Assembly (NCBI GenBank): GCA_964016885.1
Contig: OZ024740.1
Coordinates: forward strand, 175,522,001-175,586,000
Source: Eledone cirrhosa
Taxonomy: Eukaryota
Direction: 5' to 3'
DNA: 64,000 nucleotides
The notes below the pieces were generated by a model that did not search any database, was not told the DNA's origin, and worked only from the letters and a program-made list of their open reading frames with translations. The position numbers and the translations under genes were made by a program. Shown here piece after piece: positions 59,183-64,000 of the stretch; position 1 is the stretch's first letter, and each line of letters starts with the position of its first letter.

Positions 59183-59406
59183 GGTTATCATTTTTCTTCA
59201 GTTTACAGGGAAAATCGTATTTTCTGGCATGTTTACATACCTACATATCAGATATATGTATATATTTATACACATTTGGGCATTCTCATTTACACACTGT
59301 ATTTATACAGATATAATTTTATCAAATACTTCGGCAGCTAGCACACCTTTAACTATATATATATCTATATATCTATATCTATATCTATCTATCTATCTAT
59401 CTATCT

Positions 59407-60313
59407 CGCAACATTCTATAGAGGGCTGGTACGCAGCAGGTGCGACGACGCCCTCGGAGAAGCCCTAGACATGGAGGAGGACGAACTGGCCGGCCTGTTC
59501 GGTAGGACATTCAGCCCGGGACCTATGGACAACTTCCAGAAGTCCCTGGCCTGGCAGTGCTACCGAGGAGCTTTACCCGTTCGAGAAAGGCTCTACAGAC
59601 ACGGGCGCCCGGGTAGGGACCCCGCCAAAAAGATCTGTCCCAGATGCGTGTGCGACGAGGAAACCGTTGCACACGCATTGGTACACTGCTCGGGCGTAGC
59701 CGATCTGTGGGGCTATGTCGAACAACTGCTGTCAAGGGTAGGACCGATCCGGTTGACCACCGAGTCTATTGTAATGATCAAGCCGCCTCCCCCCTTCAAA
59801 GATGAAGCAGAGGCGGTGTTTCTGTGCGTAATAGCCATGGCGAAAGAGGTTGTATGGTGGACGCGTCTGAAAGGACTGAGGTCAGGCACCTTTCTCTCTG
59901 GCCAACAACTGGTCCGTTTCTTCCGATATCATTTCGGAAGAAGGATCAGGATGGAGAGAGAGGTGCTGCACCCCAGCCGTTTCTATGAAAGATGGGTGAA
60001 AGTGGCGAGAATGGCCCGTGTGAATGGGCCTTCACTCTACATCAGACTATAGGTGAGGAAGATGAAAGACCAAGGGAGCACCCCTTCTCTGTGCTCCTGA
60101 GGAGAAGGGTTGCACACTTTTTTCGGGGGTGTGTGCGACCCCCAAGGCGCCTCCTCTCTATTGAGGACTTTGTTATAAATTTTATTTTTTGTTATATTTT
60201 ATTTTATTTTTATATATTGTTATAGCCTCCTCCTTATTGAGGACGCCTTGTTTTGTAAACTCCCCCCATTGTACTTGTCCCACTTTTGATGCCCTGGTGG
60301 CAAATAAAAGAAA
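59407..60313 (+). mobile_element. Tx1/L1-type LINE 3' end (zf-RVT-like region), young
   Basis: Open 193-aa ORF 59471-60052 with LAWQCYRGALPV..CPRC..ETVAHALVHC; GC-rich; ends AATAAAAGAAA; flanked by (TATC)n. Confidence 0.85.
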
Positions 60314-60315
60314 CA

Positions 60316-60367
<52 letters not shown>

Positions 60368-62070
60368 AGCACAGCAGGCACACACTCACACACAGACGCA
60401 CACATTTGTACACACACATACACCGGCACAAACAGTTATATATATACGTACGATAAAACATCAGTTAACGCTTTAGATACGATAAAAAGTGCAGCGTCAA
60501 ATGAAACGAAGTAAATGATTTCAATCTGTTATATAACAGAGATAGAAATATCAGCTTAATATAGTATTTTAAGTGTGATAGTAGACAAATGAAGATGATG
60601 AATATCGCCAAATGTTCGTGATACCCAGAAACTTGTTCTCACACCCTTCAATTACTTAGTGATTTTAGATAACACCACGTAATATGATGTCACACATTCT
60701 GATCTGCAGCTATGATGAAATTAAGAATCAAATTTAATTAAATAAAATTTAATCTTATAACAAAAATTGTGAGCCATGTTAAATTAATTAACTTTAATCC
60801 GCATACTCATCAATAATCATGTTGAAAAATCAGAGAAGTTTGTATCCGAGAAGAAAGACAAAGTTGTGCTTCTTCCACGCATATTGGCTGCTTCTGCATG
60901 TAATTTCGTGTGCGCAGTCTTGCGTCTTCTCTTATGAAGTAATTAATGGTAGCAGGATATTAGGTCTAAAAAACATACTTTGCTTTACCTCTTCTCATCC
61001 AGTAAGAGTAAATTGGCCGTGTTTTCCTTACATACATACATACATAAATATATACATACACACATACATACATACATAAATACATACATACACACATACA
61101 TACGTATATAAATACATACATACATACATACATACATACATACATACATACATACATACATACATACATACATACGTATATAAATACATACATACACATA
61201 CGTACATATACATACATACACAAATACGCACACATATACACACACGCGCACACACATGTGTGTGTGTGTATACAAATTAAGCAGAAACAACAAAGCAAAC
61301 AACTCAATACAATAAAGAAATATTTTAGTTTAACGCTTGATATAATAGAAAAAGTGTATTTATGTTTCGAACACTAGTCCTTCATCGGATGTTAGAATGA
61401 GAACCCCCCCCCCATACACACGCAGACACACGCAGACACACGCAGACACACGCAGACACACGCAGACACACCCCCCCACACACACACACACAAATACATA
61501 CAAACACGCATATATATATATATATATTGGAAAATGTGTGAGATCCTCGGTACAGTTAGGTATATTTGAAAAAAAAGGAAAAGAATGACTTCACTTATAG
61601 TGTTAGAAAATTGTTTGATTTAATTTTATAATATTATAATATTTAATATTATACAATTAAATCAAAACATTAAATCAAAACAATTAAATCAAAGCATAAA
61701 TTCAGGCTGTTCAGTTTGTTTACAAACGAACAAAGCGACGTTATAATAAGCGCCGCTAAACTGATACGTGCATATATGTATGTGTACCTGTATGCATATG
61801 TATGTATATATGTATATATATATATATATGTGCATGCTACTGTACGTCTGTATACATATATGTATGTACGTATACATGCATACATACATTTAAGTAAGTG
61901 CCATACTAAGAGTGGGAAATGAAATTTCGTTTTCATTTTGTTTCAATTTATCGTTTTCGGTATGCCTGACCGATTTAACTCACTCAATATGCAAATTAGG
62001 CTGCTCAGCCGTTAATTTTCATAAGGAAAGTATATACTTTCGAACGTTCAACTATCTGGCAGATGGGTAA

Positions 62071-62113
62071 ACGGTGCTGATGATAGCTAACAAGCTTGAA
62101 ACTAGTACATCGT
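62071..62113 (+). ncRNA. Minimal type I hammerhead ribozyme
   Basis: ACGGTG-CTGATGA-T-AGCT/AGCT-T-GAAACTAGTA-CATCGT. Confidence 0.9.
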
Positions 62114-62544
62114 TCCTGTGTCAGTGTTGAACAAAAAGGTGACGTGGTTGCCTTAACACCGTATGGCATAAATTCAGGCTGTTCAGTTTGTTTACAAACG
62201 AACAAAGCGACGTTATAATAAGCGCCGCTAAACTGATACGTGCATATATGTATGTGTACCTGTATGCATATGTATGTATATATGTATATATATATATATA
62301 TATGTGCATGCTACTGTACGTCTGTATACATATATGTATGTACGTATACATGCATACTTACATTTAAGTAAGTGCCATACTAAGAGTGAGAAATGAAATT
62401 TCGTTTTCATTTTGTTTCAATTTATCGTTTTCGGTATGCCGGACCGATTTAACTCACTCAATATGCAAATTAGGCTGCTCAGCCGTTAATTTTCATAAGG
62501 AAAGTATATACTTTCGAACGTTCAACTATCTGGCAGATGGGTAA

Positions 62545-62587
62545 ACGGTGCTGATGATAGCTAACAAGCTTGAAACTAGTACATCGT
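62545..62587 (+). ncRNA. Minimal type I hammerhead ribozyme
   Basis: Identical to 62071. Confidence 0.9.
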
Positions 62588-62830
62588 TCCTGTGTCAGTG
62601 TTGAACAAAAAGGTGACGTGGTTGCCTTAACACCGTATGGCATAAATTCAGGCTGTTCAGTTTGTTTACAAACGAACAAAGCGACGTTATAATAAGCGCC
62701 GCTAAACTGATACGTGCATATATGTATGTGTACCTGTATGCATATGTATGTATATATGTATATATATATATATGTGTGCATGCTACTGTACGTCTGTATA
62801 CATATATGTATGTACGTATACATGCATACT

Positions 62831-62865
<35 letters not shown>

Positions 62866-62924
62866 CAAGGCTCTGATACCATCAACACTATAAACACAGA
62901 GCTGGCATATCTAAGAACTGACTA

Positions 62925-62980
62925 ACTGCCTGATGAGGTCATAGTCATTCAATGGCTATCATCGAAATATATATAACAGT
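62925..62980 (+). ncRNA. Type I hammerhead ribozyme
   Basis: ACTGC-CTGATGA-GGT.ATAGTCATT/AATGGCTAT.ATC-GAAATATATATA-ACAGT. Confidence 0.8.
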
Positions 62981-63136
62981 AAATAAAGGATTATGAGTTC
63001 ATGCAATTGACTTATGTTTCGTCACTATATATATATATATATATAAAATAATAAAGTTATACACATCAATATATATAAAATAACAAAGTTATACACATCA
63101 ACAACATATGTACTTGTCTATACCACACTAATTCGG

Positions 63137-63191
63137 ACTGCCTGAAGAGGTCACAGCCAAAGATGGCTGTCACCGAAATATATATAGCAGT
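63137..63191 (+). ncRNA. Type I hammerhead ribozyme
   Basis: ACTGC-CTGAAGA-GGT.ACAGCCA/TGGCTGT.ACC-GAAATATATATA-GCAGT. Confidence 0.9.
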
Positions 63192-63781
63192 AATAAACGA
63201 AGCTAAATTTTAAACATTTGACTTATTTATTTTATTTTATTTTACATTACTCCGGAGTAAGCAAACCAATCTGCGCACTTCGTCGAGTGCTCCAATCTGC
63301 ATACCCAGGTGTTGGTATATATATATATATATATATATAATCATGATAAACAATTTATTATTGAGTGCTCTCCTTCAGTTCATTGCAACTAACATTACTA
63401 ACATACACACTTATATAACTATATATGTATCTGTATGAGTGTGGGCTTATGTGTTAATACGTGTGTGTGTCTGCATGTATAAGTGTGTGTGAGTGTGTGT
63501 GCATAACGTTAACACAGTACTTGACGTTGCCTGGGAAACAATGGATTTAGTCATAGGATAATTTTGTGGAACAGAATCACGGTCATTCTGCATAAATATA
63601 TTATCGGAAACACAACGTATATGTTCTTGGTACCAGAGATAGAGAGATTAACACATTTATATAAATATATATATATAAATATGTGTGCAAGTAACATTAC
63701 TAACATACGCACTTATATAACTATATATGTATCTGTATGAGTGTGGACATGTGTAATACGTGTGTGTGTCTGTATGTATAA

Positions 63782-63816
<35 letters not shown>

Positions 63817-64000
63817 CGTGCGTGTATGCGTGTGTGTATCATGTATACATGATACATTCATATACATACATACATTCATGTATATACATACATACATGCA
63901 TATATACATCTCTAGGAATAATACTAAGTTGAAATGTAATTTGGGACGCTTGTTAATAAACAAAGACTGTTATTCAACCTAAACGTAACTTGTAGGCGAT

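Larger units (their letters stand above)
61695..62833 (+). repeat. Tandem array of 474-bp family B units (about 2.4 copies)
   Basis: Nearly identical units; HHR cores at 62077 and 62551. Confidence 0.9.

Overview
AT-rich eukaryotic, repeat-saturated, apparently intergenic or intronic DNA. The SINE content and extreme (TA)n/(CA)n load suggest an octopus-like cephalopod (inference). I can support no intact host gene; most listed ORFs are microsatellite artefacts. Recognisable decayed transposons: CR1/L2-type, RTE and Tx1/L1-type LINE fragments, two Penelope-like (GIY-YIG, Naiad-like) fragments, mariner elements, a hAT MITE and two SINE families. The main signal is non-coding. By manual folding I find about 40 type I hammerhead ribozyme (HHR) motifs (stem I-CUGANGA-stem II-GAAA-stem III-UH-stem I') on both strands. 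Almost all lie in short non-coding elements from many unrelated sequence families, inserted into (TA)n tracts as foldbacks, direct repeats or tandem arrays (474 bp and about 990 bp units). They include U3-A8 core variants, very large branched stem II inserts and family-specific palindromic stem IIIs. Many families share a covarying 3' tail hairpin (ACTC..GAGT / GCTC..GAGC) that is also present after the GIY-YIG Penelope-like element. Some fragments start at the predicted cleavage site. All structures and coordinates were read by eye and need computational and biochemical confirmation.
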